Notes: a model not told the origin generated them from the sequence alone. A stretch of 64,000 nucleotides of DNA from Candidatus Eiseniibacteriota bacterium (GCA_963717505.1 OY970342.1:32001-96000); one strand, 5' to 3'; shown: positions 50,665-60,814, numbered from the stretch's first letter. Numbers and translations: made by a program.

Positions 50665-51639
50665 ATGCCGCAAATGACGATGGTCCAGGCGATCCAGGAC
50701 GCCCTGCGCATCGCGTTGAAGAGCGACCCGCGCGTCGTCCTGCTCGGCGAAGACATCGGCCCGAACGGCGGCGTGTTCCGCGTGACCGAAGGCCTGCAGG
50801 CAGAGTTCGGCGCAGATCGCGTCGCCGACACCCCGCTCGCCGAGAATGGCATCGTCGGCGGCGCGATCGGCATGGCGCTCTACGGCATGCGCCCGATCGC
50901 CGAGATCCAGTTCGTCGACTTCATCTACCCGGCGTTCGATCAGATCGTTTCTGAGCTGGCCAAGATGCGCTGGCGATCGGCGGGTCAGTATTCGTGTCCG
51001 GTGATCGTGCGCGCGCCGTATGGCGGCGGCATTCGCGGGGGTCTCTATCACTCGCAGAGCCCCGAAGCCTACTTCTGTCACACGGCCGGACTCACCGTGG
51101 TGATTCCGGCGAGCCCGTCGGACGCCAAGGGTTTGTTGCTCGCGGCGCTCGCCGGCGAGGACCCGGTGATCTTCCTCGAGCCCAAGCGGCTGTACCGGAG
51201 CGTCAAGGAAGACGTGGCCGACGGCCACTACACGGTGCCGATCGGCAAGGCGCGCGTCGCACGCGCCGGCACGCAGTGCACGGTGCTCGCCTACGGGGCC
51301 ATGGTGCCGGTCGCGGTCGAAGCCGCCGACAAGGCCGCCGAGCGCGGCTGGTCGATCGAGGTGATCGATTTGCGCACGCTGGTGCCGCTCGACAGTGAAG
51401 CGGTGCTGGCCAGCGTCCAGAAGACCGGGCGCGCGGTGATCCTGCACGAAGCGCCGCGCACCTGCGGCTATGGCGCCGAACTGGCGGCGCTGATCGCCGA
51501 GCGCGCGCTGACCTCGCTCCAGGCGCCGATCCTGCGCGTCACGGGTTACGACACGCCGTTCCCCTACACGCTCGAGCACACGTATCTGCCCGACGCGCCG
51601 CGCGTCGAGCGTGCGCTCGAGCACGTCATGGCCTACTGA
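50665..51639 (+). CDS. 2-oxoacid dehydrogenase E1 beta (PDH/BCKDH type)
   Basis: GEDIG..GGVFR.T.GL, DTPLAE, EIQF.DF, HSQS, IDLRTL.P. Confidence 0.95.
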   Translation: MPQMTMVQAIQDALRIALKSDPRVVLLGEDIGPNGGVFRVTEGLQAEFGADRVADTPLAENGIVGGAIGMALYGMRPIAEIQFVDFIYPAFDQIVSELAKMRWRSAGQYSCPVIVRAPYGGGIRGGLYHSQSPEAYFCHTAGLTVVIPASPSDAKGLLLAALAGEDPVIFLEPKRLYRSVKEDVADGHYTVPIGKARVARAGTQCTVLAYGAMVPVAVEAADKAAERGWSIEVIDLRTLVPLDSEAVLASVQKTGRAVILHEAPRTCGYGAELAALIAERALTSLQAPILRVTGYDTPFPYTLEHTYLPDAPRVERALEHVMAY

Positions 51640-52913
51640 TGGCCTACGACCTGAAACTCCCCGACATCGGCGAAGGCGTGGCCGAGGGCGAGATCGTGCG
51701 CTGGCTGGTGAAGCAAGGCGACAAGGTCGTCGAGGATCAGCCGCTGGTCGAGGTCATGACCGACAAGGCGAGTGTCGAGATTCCGTCGCCGCGCACCGGC
51801 ACGGTGGCGGCGATTCTCGTCGCGGAAGGCCAGATGGTTCCGGTCGGCACGGTGATCATCTCGATCGCTGAAGAAACTGGCGCCGGCGCTGGCGCCGGGG
51901 GCGACGATGGGTCGACGGCGGCGGCGGGACCCGGTCGCTCCGCGGGCCCACGCACGAATGCGCCGGGTGTTGCCGACGAGGGGGCCCGCTCCGCTACAGC
52001 CCACCTTGCCGTCGACCCATCGTCGCCCCCGGCACCGGCAAGGTCGGTCCAGGCGACGCCCGCAGTCCGGAATCTCGCGAAGCAACTGAACGTCGCGCTG
52101 GAGACCATCAAAGGCTCGGGCCCCGGCGGAATCATCACCGCAGACGACGTGAAGAGCGCCGCCAAAGTCAGCGCTTCTGCTCCTAATACGGCTAAGCAAG
52201 ACGAACCCGAGGAGCGGATCGCGCTGCGCGGGCTGCGCCGCAAGATCGCCGAGCACATGCGCCGGTCGGTCTCGACTGCGGCCACGTTCACGTTCGTCGC
52301 CGAGTGTGACTGGACGCCGATCCTCGAGCACCGTCAGAAGGTTCGCGCCCAGCTCGAGAAGTCGGGCCTCAAGCTGACGTTCCTGCCGTACGTTTTCCGC
52401 GCGGTGATCGAACCGCTCAGGCAATTCCCGTTGCTCAACGCCTCGCTCGACGACGCGCGCCAGGAGATCGTGCTGCGCCGCTACTACCACCTGGGGCTCG
52501 CGACCAACACCGACGAGGGGCTTACGGTGCCCATCCTCCACCACGCGGACCGGCTGGGTTTGTTCGCCATCGCGCGCGAAATCGAACGACTGGCGAGTGC
52601 CGCGCGCGGTCACAAGCTCAAGGTCGAAGAGCTGCAGGGCGGCACCTTCACGATCACCAGCACCGGTGCTCGCGGCGGCGTGCTGGCGACTCCGATCCTC
52701 CACCACCCTCAGGTCGCGATTCTCGGTGTTCACGAGGTGAAGCCCAAGCCCGCAGTGATCGAGAATCAGATCGTGATTCGAAGTCTCGGCAATCTGTCGC
52801 TGTCGCTGGACCACCGCGTGGTGGATGGCGCCGTCGGCGCCGACTTCCTCTACGCACTCATCGAACGGCTGCAAAGCCCCGACGGCTGGCTCACACCAGG
52901 AGACCTGCAATGA
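51639..52913 (+). CDS. Dihydrolipoamide acyltransferase E2
   Basis: Lipoyl domain MTDKA; E3-binding ATPAVR...GSGPGG.I; catalytic DHRVVDG. Confidence 0.95.
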   Translation: MAYDLKLPDIGEGVAEGEIVRWLVKQGDKVVEDQPLVEVMTDKASVEIPSPRTGTVAAILVAEGQMVPVGTVIISIAEETGAGAGAGGDDGSTAAAGPGRSAGPRTNAPGVADEGARSATAHLAVDPSSPPAPARSVQATPAVRNLAKQLNVALETIKGSGPGGIITADDVKSAAKVSASAPNTAKQDEPEERIALRGLRRKIAEHMRRSVSTAATFTFVAECDWTPILEHRQKVRAQLEKSGLKLTFLPYVFRAVIEPLRQFPLLNASLDDARQEIVLRRYYHLGLATNTDEGLTVPILHHADRLGLFAIAREIERLASAARGHKLKVEELQGGTFTITSTGARGGVLATPILHHPQVAILGVHEVKPKPAVIENQIVIRSLGNLSLSLDHRVVDGAVGADFLYALIERLQSPDGWLTPGDLQ

Positions 52914-55048
52914 CCCCCCGACCCCCGCTCCCGAACGGTCACCGTCTCGCCGTCGCTCTCGCGTTCCTCGCGCTGGCGACTGCGGCTTCGGCCGCCCCAC
53001 TCCCCTACCCGACCACGGCGAAGCAGGTGGTTCGGGACACGCTGCACGGCATGGTGATCGAAGATCCATACCGGTGGCTCGAGGAACAGAAAGCGCCGGC
53101 GACCCGCGAATGGCTCGACCGCCAGATCGCGTTCACCGACTCGGTCCTGGGCACCGTGCCCGGGCGCGAGTCGATCGAGAAACGGATTGCCGAGCTGCTC
53201 AAGGTCGAGACGCGAACGGTTCCCGAGGTGCACGGCGGACGCCTGTTCTTCACCCGCCGTGCCGCAGATCAGGATCTGTCGGTCCTGTGCATGCGCGAAG
53301 GCCCCGACGGCAAGGACGAGGTCCTGGCCGATCCCAACGGCATGAGCGCGGATCGCTCGGTCTCGGTGCTGTACTACGGCTACTCACCCGACGGCTCGCT
53401 GGTCGGGATCGCGACTCGCAGCGGCGGCGAAGACGAGATCCAGGTCGCGTTTCTCGACCTCAAGACCCGTCAGGAGCTGCCCGACCGGCTGCCCAAGGCG
53501 CGCTACTTCGGCGTCGCGATCCGGCCCGACCGCAAGGGAATCTACTATTCGCGCATGGGCCAGACTGGGCCACGCGTTCACTACCACGCGATGGGCGCCG
53601 ACACCGCAACCGACAAGGTGATCTTTGGCGACGGGTACGACCCGGGGAAGATCATCGGCGTCCAGATGTCCGAGAACGGCCGCTGGCTCCTGATCACGGC
53701 CCTCCACGGCTCGGCCGCGAAGAAGGTCGAGCTGTACGTGAAGGACGTGCTCGCTGACGGCCCGGTGATTCCGATCGTCAACGACGTCGACGCCTGGTTC
53801 ACCGCCCAGTTCGCGGACAACCACCTCTACTTGCGCACCAACTGGGAGGCGCCCAATCAGCGGGTGCTGCGCGTGGACCTGACCCAGCCGGCGCGCGACC
53901 AGTGGCAGGAAGTGATTCCCCAAGGCAAGTTCGCGATGGACGGGCTCGAGCTAGCCGGTGGCAAACTGGTCGCACGTTACATCGAGAACGTGATCACCAA
54001 GCTGCGGATCTTCGACCCGGCCGGAAAGCCGCTCGGCGCAGTCGAGTTCGAAACCCTGGGTGCGGCCGGCAATCTCAACGGGCGTTGGAGCGACCCCAGC
54101 CTGTACTTCGAGTTCGAGTCCTTCGCGGTGCCGACGACGATCTTCCGCTACGACGTCGCCAAGAGCGTGCGCACCGAGTGGTTCCGCGAACGCGTGCCAG
54201 TCAAGTCCGATGAGTTCGAGGTGAAGCAGCTCTGGTACACCTCGAAGGACGGAACCGACGTGCCGATGTTCGTGGCCCACAAGAAGGGGATCAAGCTCGA
54301 CGGCACGAATCCCACGTTTCTCTGGGGCTACGGCGGTTTCACGGTCAACGAGCTGCCCTCGTTCACCCACAACGCCGTGATCTGGATGGAGCGCGGCGGC
54401 GTGTTCGTACTCGCCAACCTGCGCGGCGGGTCGGAGTTCGGCGAACGCTGGCACCAGGACGGCATGCTCGCGAACAAGCAGAACACGTTCGACGACTTCA
54501 TCGGCGCGGCCGAGCATCTCGTGTCCGCCAAGTACACGAGCCCGTCGCGGCTCGCGGTCGGCGGCGGCAGCAACGGCGGCCTGCTGGTCGGCGCGTTCAT
54601 GACCCAGCGTCCGGACCTGTGCCGGGCCGTCTATTGCGGCGTGCCGCTGATCGACATGGTTCGCTATCACAAGTTCCTGGTCGCGCGCTTCTGGGTCCCC
54701 GAGTACGGTTCGGCCGACAACCCCGATCAGTTCAAGTTCATTCACGCCTACTCTCCCTACCACCACGTGAAGGCCGGCACCGAGTATCCGGCGGTGTTGT
54801 TCATGACCGGGGATGCCGACACGCGCGTCGATCCGCTCCATGCCCGCAAGATGACGGCGCTGATGCAGGCGTCGACGGGTTCGGACCGTCCGGTGTTGCT
54901 GCACTACGACCTGAAGCAGGGTCATTCGGGCGGCGGCAAGGCGACCTCGCTGAAGGTGCGCGACGACACGGACCGCAACCTGTTCCTCATGTGGCAGCTC
55001 GGCATGCTGGGCGGCGATGCCGCGGCCCAGGCCAAGGCGCCCAAGTAA
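52910..55048 (+). CDS. Prolyl oligopeptidase (S9A), secreted
   Basis: Signal peptide; DPYRWLE, YGGF, RGGSEFG, GGSNGG, DTRV, GH triad. Confidence 0.95.
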   Translation: MTPRPPLPNGHRLAVALAFLALATAASAAPLPYPTTAKQVVRDTLHGMVIEDPYRWLEEQKAPATREWLDRQIAFTDSVLGTVPGRESIEKRIAELLKVETRTVPEVHGGRLFFTRRAADQDLSVLCMREGPDGKDEVLADPNGMSADRSVSVLYYGYSPDGSLVGIATRSGGEDEIQVAFLDLKTRQELPDRLPKARYFGVAIRPDRKGIYYSRMGQTGPRVHYHAMGADTATDKVIFGDGYDPGKIIGVQMSENGRWLLITALHGSAAKKVELYVKDVLADGPVIPIVNDVDAWFTAQFADNHLYLRTNWEAPNQRVLRVDLTQPARDQWQEVIPQGKFAMDGLELAGGKLVARYIENVITKLRIFDPAGKPLGAVEFETLGAAGNLNGRWSDPSLYFEFESFAVPTTIFRYDVAKSVRTEWFRERVPVKSDEFEVKQLWYTSKDGTDVPMFVAHKKGIKLDGTNPTFLWGYGGFTVNELPSFTHNAVIWMERGGVFVLANLRGGSEFGERWHQDGMLANKQNTFDDFIGAAEHLVSAKYTSPSRLAVGGGSNGGLLVGAFMTQRPDLCRAVYCGVPLIDMVRYHKFLVARFWVPEYGSADNPDQFKFIHAYSPYHHVKAGTEYPAVLFMTGDADTRVDPLHARKMTALMQASTGSDRPVLLHYDLKQGHSGGGKATSLKVRDDTDRNLFLMWQLGMLGGDAAAQAKAPK

Positions 55049-56196
55049 TGACGGCAGCCAAGCTCTCGGTGGGCGACGCCCAGGCCATGAAGGATCCGGC
55101 CACCGGCCTGCTCCAGATCCTGGCGCCCGATGGCTCGCTGGTCGGGGAGCCGCCGGCGATCCCGCGAGACGATCTGCGTCGCATGTACCGGCACATGCTG
55201 CGCATGCGGGTTACCGACCAGCGCATGCTGTCGCTCCAGCGCCAGGGACGGATCGGCTTCTACGGCACCGCCACCGGCCAGGAAGCGGCGGTGACCGGAT
55301 CGGCCTACGCGCTAGCCGACACCGACTGGATCTTCCCGGCGTTGCGCGAGATCGGAGCATCGACCTGGCGCGGCACTACGATGCAGGAGGTCATCTGCCA
55401 GCTGATCGGGAACAGCGGCGACGTCCTGATCGGCCGGCAGATGCCCTGCCACTTCAGCGACCGCAAGGTGCACAGCGTCGCCTGGTCTTCGGTGATCGGC
55501 ACACAGCTGGTTCACGCGATGGGCGCCGCGTGGGCGGCAAAGCTGCAGAAGACCCGCGACGTGATGATGGGCTACATGGGAGACGGCGCCTCTTCGTCGG
55601 CCGACTTCCATGCCGCCGCGAACTTCGCGGGCGTCTTCCGGCTTCCGGTCGTGTTCTTCTGCCAGAACAATCAGTGGGCGATTTCGGTGCCGCTCGCGTC
55701 CCAGACGGCCTCGCCCAGCATCGCGATCAAGGCGGTCGCCTACGGCTTTCCCGGGGTCCGCGTCGACGGCAACGATCTATTGGCGGTGGTCCAGGCGACG
55801 CGTGAGGCGGTGGATCGCGCCCGGCGTGGCGACGGCCCGACGCTGGTCGAGGCGGTGACGTTCCGCATGGGCGGACACTCGTCGAGCGACGATCCGACGC
55901 GCTATCGCGAGGCGTCCCTGGTCACGACCTGGGAGCAGCGGGATCCGCTCGCGCGTTTGAAGGTCTGGCTCGAGCGCGAGGCGATGCTGAAGCCCGAAGA
56001 GACCGACGCCTGGACGGCGGAGGCCAACGACGAAATCGGCGTCGCGATCCGCGAGGCCGAGGCCCATGGCCCGCCGCCACTCGAGACCCTGTTCTCGGAC
56101 GTCTATCGCGACATGCCACCGCACATCGCCGAGCAGAAGGAGTACGCAATCGCCATGGGCGAGGGCACCAAGTTCGAGGGACGATTCCCGCTGTAG
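55048..56196 (+). CDS. 2-oxoacid dehydrogenase E1 alpha
   Basis: LQRQGRIGFY, GQEA, TPP motif GDGA...NNQWAIS, HSSSDDP; TAATG coupling at 55046-55050. Confidence 0.95.
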   Translation: MTAAKLSVGDAQAMKDPATGLLQILAPDGSLVGEPPAIPRDDLRRMYRHMLRMRVTDQRMLSLQRQGRIGFYGTATGQEAAVTGSAYALADTDWIFPALREIGASTWRGTTMQEVICQLIGNSGDVLIGRQMPCHFSDRKVHSVAWSSVIGTQLVHAMGAAWAAKLQKTRDVMMGYMGDGASSSADFHAAANFAGVFRLPVVFFCQNNQWAISVPLASQTASPSIAIKAVAYGFPGVRVDGNDLLAVVQATREAVDRARRGDGPTLVEAVTFRMGGHSSSDDPTRYREASLVTTWEQRDPLARLKVWLEREAMLKPEETDAWTAEANDEIGVAIREAEAHGPPPLETLFSDVYRDMPPHIAEQKEYAIAMGEGTKFEGRFPL

Positions 56197-56221
56197 CACG
56201 CGGACACTCCGGAGGCCGAAC

Positions 56222-56560
56222 ATGAGAGGTCTGTTGCTCGTCCTGCTGATCGCGGCGGGCGGCTGCCGCGCCCAGGACTATCGCGCCGTCGAAGGCAAGC
56301 TCGACGCGCCCCTGCGGCAGAAACTCGAGGCCCTTCACCAGGAGGATCGCGTCGACACGCTCGCGGTCCTCGGCCGCTGCTCGGCGCCGGTCTCCGACGA
56401 GATGCGCGCGAAAATCGTGGCGGCCGGGGTCGAAGTGCAGTCGGTGACCGGCGACATCTTCGCGGCGCGCCTGGCGTCGGACCGCATCGTCCCGCTGGCG
56501 AAGCTCGACTTCGTCAAGATGCTCGAGTTGTCTCAGACCTCGCAGCCGCTCTCGCCCTAG
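56222..56560 (+). CDS. Small lipoprotein homologous to the subtilase propeptide
   Basis: GGAGG RBS; lipobox AGGC; aligns to the prodomain of the adjacent S8 protease. Confidence 0.75.
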   Translation: MRGLLLVLLIAAGGCRAQDYRAVEGKLDAPLRQKLEALHQEDRVDTLAVLGRCSAPVSDEMRAKIVAAGVEVQSVTGDIFAARLASDRIVPLAKLDFVKMLELSQTSQPLSP

Positions 56561-56569
56561 GAGGCGCGC

Positions 56570-58933
56570 ATGACGTCCTTCCGTTCTCGATTCCGTGCCG
56601 CCAGCGCGATCGTGGTCGCGACCACTGCGGCCTGGCTCTCGATCGCGGGCGCCGAAACCGGGCGCGGCGCGGTGCCATTCTCGTTGAGGAACGCGGTCCG
56701 CGAAGCCACCCCGCTCGACGCCAAGCTCGACGCCACCCTGCGCTACGTGCTCGAACAAGCCGAGGCTGCGCAAACGGGAACTCTGGCCCGCGGGCGGGTG
56801 GATCCCCTCGCGGCCATCGTCGACCCACGTTCGCCGTTCGCGGTCTTGCGCGACCCGTGGCGCGCGGCACCGGAAGTGCTGGTCTTCATGCGGCTCGATC
56901 GGCCCGAGTCGGCGCGCCGGGTCGAGGCCGAGGGCGCCGAAGTCCTGGCGGTGGTCGAGGACATTGCCACCGCGCGTATTCCGGTATCGCGCGTGCGGGC
57001 GATCGCCGAGCTCGAACCCGTGCGCTACCTCGAGCTGTCCGGCCGTTCGTTCGCGCAGCTCGACTCCAGCCGCCGCCGCACCGGTGTGCGCACCGTGCAC
57101 CAGGGCGGCGGCGGATTGCCCCGCGCGTTCACCGGCGCCGGCGTCCTGGTCGGCGTGCTCGACGGCGGGCTCGACTACAAGCACGCGGACTTTCGCACGG
57201 CGGGCAACACCTCGCGCGTCCGTGCCTTGTACGACTACGGCACCGGAGCGAACGGCATCGAGTGCCGGCCCGGCCAGCTCGACTCGCTGACCTGCCCCGA
57301 GAAGGACGGCTCCGGAGGATTCAGCCACGGCACTCACGTCACCGGGACAGCGGCCGGCAACGGAAGGCGCAACGCGGCGTACATCGGCATGGCGCCCGAT
57401 GCCGGCATCATCTTCGTCAAAGGCATTCGTCATCCCGAGAGCACTGGCGGCTTCACCGATGCCGACGTGCTCGCCGGCTCGCAGTTCGTGTTCAACAAGG
57501 CGCGCCAGTTCGGTCAGCCGTGCGTCCTGAACTTGAGCCTGGGAAGCCAGTCCGGCCCCCACGACGGAACGACGCTCTATGAACAGGCGTTGGGTTCGCT
57601 CACCGGTCCCGGGCGCATCATCGTCGCGGCGGCGGGCAACAGCGGCGGACAGGAAATCCACGCCTCGTACGCCGCGCAAGGCAGCGACTATGCCTCGGCG
57701 CTCGAGACCCTATGGCAGATCGCCGGCGGCGCGACGGTGTCCGCCGTCGACCTCTGGTACCCCGGCGGCACCAGCATCTCCGTCGGAGTCGCCGCCTACA
57801 ACCCCGGCGACTACAACAATCCTGTGTTCGTCTCGAATCCGATCGCTCCCGGGCAATCGGTGACGGGAACCGCCACCTCCGGGGGCACCGATCTCGGCAT
57901 CGTCTCGATCGACGCCCGCACCACCGCGGATGCCAACAACGGGGCGCGTCGCGTGTTCATCGCCATCTCCGATGCCGGCGGACCGGTGAATCCCTCCGAC
58001 CTCTACTGGTCGGTCTACACCTTCGGCTCGGGGACGCTCGACATGTGGGTGGTGAACAGCGGCTTGTTTGCGCCCGCGTCGCTTCCCCTGCCCGTGTGGT
58101 TCCGGCCCGGCGACAATGCGAAGACCATCGGCTCGCCGGCCACCGGCCGAAAGCTGATCGCGGTCGGCTCGCACGTCACCAAGACCCAGTGGATCGACGT
58201 GAACGGCATCACGCGCTTTCAGCCGGGGGCCACGCTCGATGCCATCTCCGGATTCAGCAGCCGTGGGCCGTCGCGCGACAACCGCGTGCTGCCTCATCTC
58301 AGCGCACCCGGCGAGGCCATTCTGGCGGCGCTCTCGGCCGATTATCCGGCCGACCCGGCCACCGTTTTGCTTGGCGGCGGCTTGTTCCGGCAGCAGGGCA
58401 CCAGCATGGCGTCGCCGCATGTCACCGGCATCGTGGCACTCATGCTGGAGCGCGACCCCGCGCTGACGCCGGACAATGTCCGCGACCTGTTGCAGCAGAC
58501 CGCGACCCCGGCGGGCGGCGGAACTCCCAACAACATCTTCGGCGCCGGCAAGGTGAATGCGCTCGCGGCCCTGCTCGCGACCCCCGATGCTGTTCCCTGC
58601 GTGATCTCGAGCCCGCTCGCCAGCAGGCCCGTGGAGTGCGACGAGAACGCTCGGCCGCTGGGAGCCGCGCTCGAAGCCTGGCCGAATCCGGTGGCCGACC
58701 AGGTGACGCTGGCCTTCCGGCTCGACGCGACCGAGCACGTGCATCTCGCGATCTACGACCTGTTCGGCCGCCGCATCCGGACCTTGCGCGACGAGCCGAC
58801 CGCTGCGGGTCCGATCCTCGCGCGCTGGGACCGCCGAAGCGATCGCGGGGACCGCGTACCGGCGGGCGTCTACTTCGCCCGTGCCCTTACTCCGACCCAT
58901 TCCGCATTCCGGCGGATGGTGGTCGTCCACTGA
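56570..58933 (+). CDS. S8 subtilase (Csp-like insertion) with FlgD/T9SS-like CTD
   Basis: Triad VLDGG, HGTHV, GTSMASPH; AAGN oxyanion; CTD WPNP...YDLFGRRIRTL...WD...PAGVYF. Confidence 0.93.
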   Translation: MTSFRSRFRAASAIVVATTAAWLSIAGAETGRGAVPFSLRNAVREATPLDAKLDATLRYVLEQAEAAQTGTLARGRVDPLAAIVDPRSPFAVLRDPWRAAPEVLVFMRLDRPESARRVEAEGAEVLAVVEDIATARIPVSRVRAIAELEPVRYLELSGRSFAQLDSSRRRTGVRTVHQGGGGLPRAFTGAGVLVGVLDGGLDYKHADFRTAGNTSRVRALYDYGTGANGIECRPGQLDSLTCPEKDGSGGFSHGTHVTGTAAGNGRRNAAYIGMAPDAGIIFVKGIRHPESTGGFTDADVLAGSQFVFNKARQFGQPCVLNLSLGSQSGPHDGTTLYEQALGSLTGPGRIIVAAAGNSGGQEIHASYAAQGSDYASALETLWQIAGGATVSAVDLWYPGGTSISVGVAAYNPGDYNNPVFVSNPIAPGQSVTGTATSGGTDLGIVSIDARTTADANNGARRVFIAISDAGGPVNPSDLYWSVYTFGSGTLDMWVVNSGLFAPASLPLPVWFRPGDNAKTIGSPATGRKLIAVGSHVTKTQWIDVNGITRFQPGATLDAISGFSSRGPSRDNRVLPHLSAPGEAILAALSADYPADPATVLLGGGLFRQQGTSMASPHVTGIVALMLERDPALTPDNVRDLLQQTATPAGGGTPNNIFGAGKVNALAALLATPDAVPCVISSPLASRPVECDENARPLGAALEAWPNPVADQVTLAFRLDATEHVHLAIYDLFGRRIRTLRDEPTAAGPILARWDRRSDRGDRVPAGVYFARALTPTHSAFRRMVVVH

Positions 58934-58956
58934 TGCTCGCCCACGGAGGAGAGGCC

Positions 58957-59400
58957 ATGCGCCTGACGATTCCCATCGCGCTGCTCGCGCTCGCGCTCGC
59001 GCTCTTCGGGTGCTCGAGCTCGGAGGACACGACCGCCCCACCCCCGGGAACGACCCACTCAGAAGCCGAGCCCAACGACTCGGCGCCGCAATCGCTCGGC
59101 ACGCTGGACTCCACCGACATCGTGGTCGGCGGCGCCTCGGCCAGCAATGCCGACATCGACCTCTATAGCGTGACCCTATCGGCGACCGCGTCCCTGTTCG
59201 TTCAGTTGTCGTGGTCGGGAGCCCAGGATCTCGGGGTCGCGGTGTCGAACACCGACGGCGTGTTCGTCACCAACGTCGACGGAACGTCCAACATCGAGGA
59301 ATGCACCGTGCTCAACCTGGATCCGGGAACCTATCGGGTTCGCGTCGGCTCGCAATCGACGAGTTCAGCGGACTACCTGCTGACGATCGGCATGCGCTAG
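58957..59400 (+). CDS. Lipoprotein consisting of a stand-alone PPC domain
   Basis: Lipobox LFGC; EAEPNDS, D.DLY, PGTYRVRV, Y.LTI motifs. Confidence 0.8.
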   Translation: MRLTIPIALLALALALFGCSSSEDTTAPPPGTTHSEAEPNDSAPQSLGTLDSTDIVVGGASASNADIDLYSVTLSATASLFVQLSWSGAQDLGVAVSNTDGVFVTNVDGTSNIEECTVLNLDPGTYRVRVGSQSTSSADYLLTIGMR

Positions 59401-59444
59401 GCAAAACAAGGGGCCCCCGCGGACGCGGAGGCCCTGTTGTTTGC
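59401..59444. terminator. Bidirectional intrinsic terminator
   Basis: GCAAAACAAGGGGCCCCCGC-GGAC-GCGGAGGCCCTGTTGTTTGC between convergent operons. Confidence 0.7.
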
Positions 59445-59488
59445 CAGGTCCGATGTCGGTTCGGACCGCAGCTCCCCAGCGCGGGGAT

Positions 59489-60814
59489 CTAGTTCCGGGC
59501 GGGCGGCAGCTTGAGCACCTGTCCGGCTTTGACGTCGGGCGACACCAGATCGTTGTGCATCATGAGCGTCTCCGGGCTGACTCCCCAGCGCTTGGCGATG
59601 CTGGTGATCGTCTCCCCGGCGCGAACCGTGATCCGGTTCGGACGCACCGTGGTCGGCGCCGGCGACGTCACTTCGGGCGCTGCGGGCGCGGCACTCACTT
59701 CCTCGACCACCTTCGGGACCGGCGGCACCGGGTTCGCGGCCTGCGGTGTGGCACGCGGGGCCTCGTCGACCGCCTTGGGCTTCGCCGGCGTCTTGGCGGG
59801 CGCCGAGGTCGTGGCCGGCGCGCGCGGCGGATCGTAACCGGGATCCGACGTGCCGAACGGTCCCTGATTCATGTTCATCTTGCCTGGGCGAAGCGAAATG
59901 CCGATCCGGTGCTGCGCGTCGGCATCGCCGGGAATCAGGTACGCGTAGTCGAGCCACATGCCGTAGAAGCCGGTGCCCAGGCCGAACGTCGGACCGGTCA
60001 GCGTCTCGCCTTCCGGCGCGCCCATCTCGGAACGGTAGCCGACGCGCAGCGCCGCCATGTCGCGCCAGCGATACTCGACGCCGGTGCGCACGTCGGTGTA
60101 GTACGCGTTCGGGAAGTTCACGTCGAGCGCGAAGCGCAGTCCGGACTGCGCGTGCTCGTAGCTGACGCCGGCGCCGTAGTTGGTCGGGAAGCTATAGACC
60201 TGATCTTCGTACTTCATCTGACCGAATGCGTTCTGGGCGGCGAATCCGAATCCGAAAGCCCCGGCGCGGCCCTGGAGGCCGAAGTCGAAGGTCATTCCCG
60301 AACCACGGATGTCGCCAAGGCTCTCGTTGACCCACTTACCGCCCACACCCAGCGAGAGCATTTCGTTGATCGGCCAAGCCACGGTGGCCCCCGCGGCGAC
60401 CCGCGAAACGTCGAAGCTGCCGGTCGGGTTGTTGAACGCGTCGCGGCCCTCGAACGAACCCTCGCTCGCGTAGATCCCGGTCAACGCCCAACGGAGAGGT
60501 TGGTTTCCCAGCCGGCCGCCGGCGACGAGGTAGTCCTGGGTGTGATCCTCGAGGATTGTCGCGTGCGACAGCGAGAACTCGGTTTCGTTGAGCCATCCGA
60601 GCGAGGCGGCGTTCCAGCCGACGCTACTCAGATCGCCCATCAGGCCCAAGGTGGCGCCGGCGCGACCGAGGGCGGCCGCACCGCTTCCAATCGTAAGGAA
60701 ATTCGCCGCGGTGGTTCCCGCCGCGTCGGAGCTGGCACGCGCCTCGCGCACCGTCCCGGCGAACACCGTCCCCAGCGCGAGGACGGCGACCGCCATTTGC
60801 TGAATTCGCTTCAT
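59489..60814 (-). CDS. PorV/PorQ-family outer-membrane barrel fused to Pro-rich linker and LysM
   Basis: AGTTAANFLTIGSGAAALG..WNAASL (PorV N-terminal motif), LRVGY, DYAY; C-terminal TVRAGETITSIAKRWGVS..LM..N.L....GQVLKLP. Confidence 0.85.
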   Translation of the reverse strand: MKRIQQMAVAVLALGTVFAGTVREARASSDAAGTTAANFLTIGSGAAALGRAGATLGLMGDLSSVGWNAASLGWLNETEFSLSHATILEDHTQDYLVAGGRLGNQPLRWALTGIYASEGSFEGRDAFNNPTGSFDVSRVAAGATVAWPINEMLSLGVGGKWVNESLGDIRGSGMTFDFGLQGRAGAFGFGFAAQNAFGQMKYEDQVYSFPTNYGAGVSYEHAQSGLRFALDVNFPNAYYTDVRTGVEYRWRDMAALRVGYRSEMGAPEGETLTGPTFGLGTGFYGMWLDYAYLIPGDADAQHRIGISLRPGKMNMNQGPFGTSDPGYDPPRAPATTSAPAKTPAKPKAVDEAPRATPQAANPVPPVPKVVEEVSAAPAAPEVTSPAPTTVRPNRITVRAGETITSIAKRWGVSPETLMMHNDLVSPDVKAGQVLKLPPARN

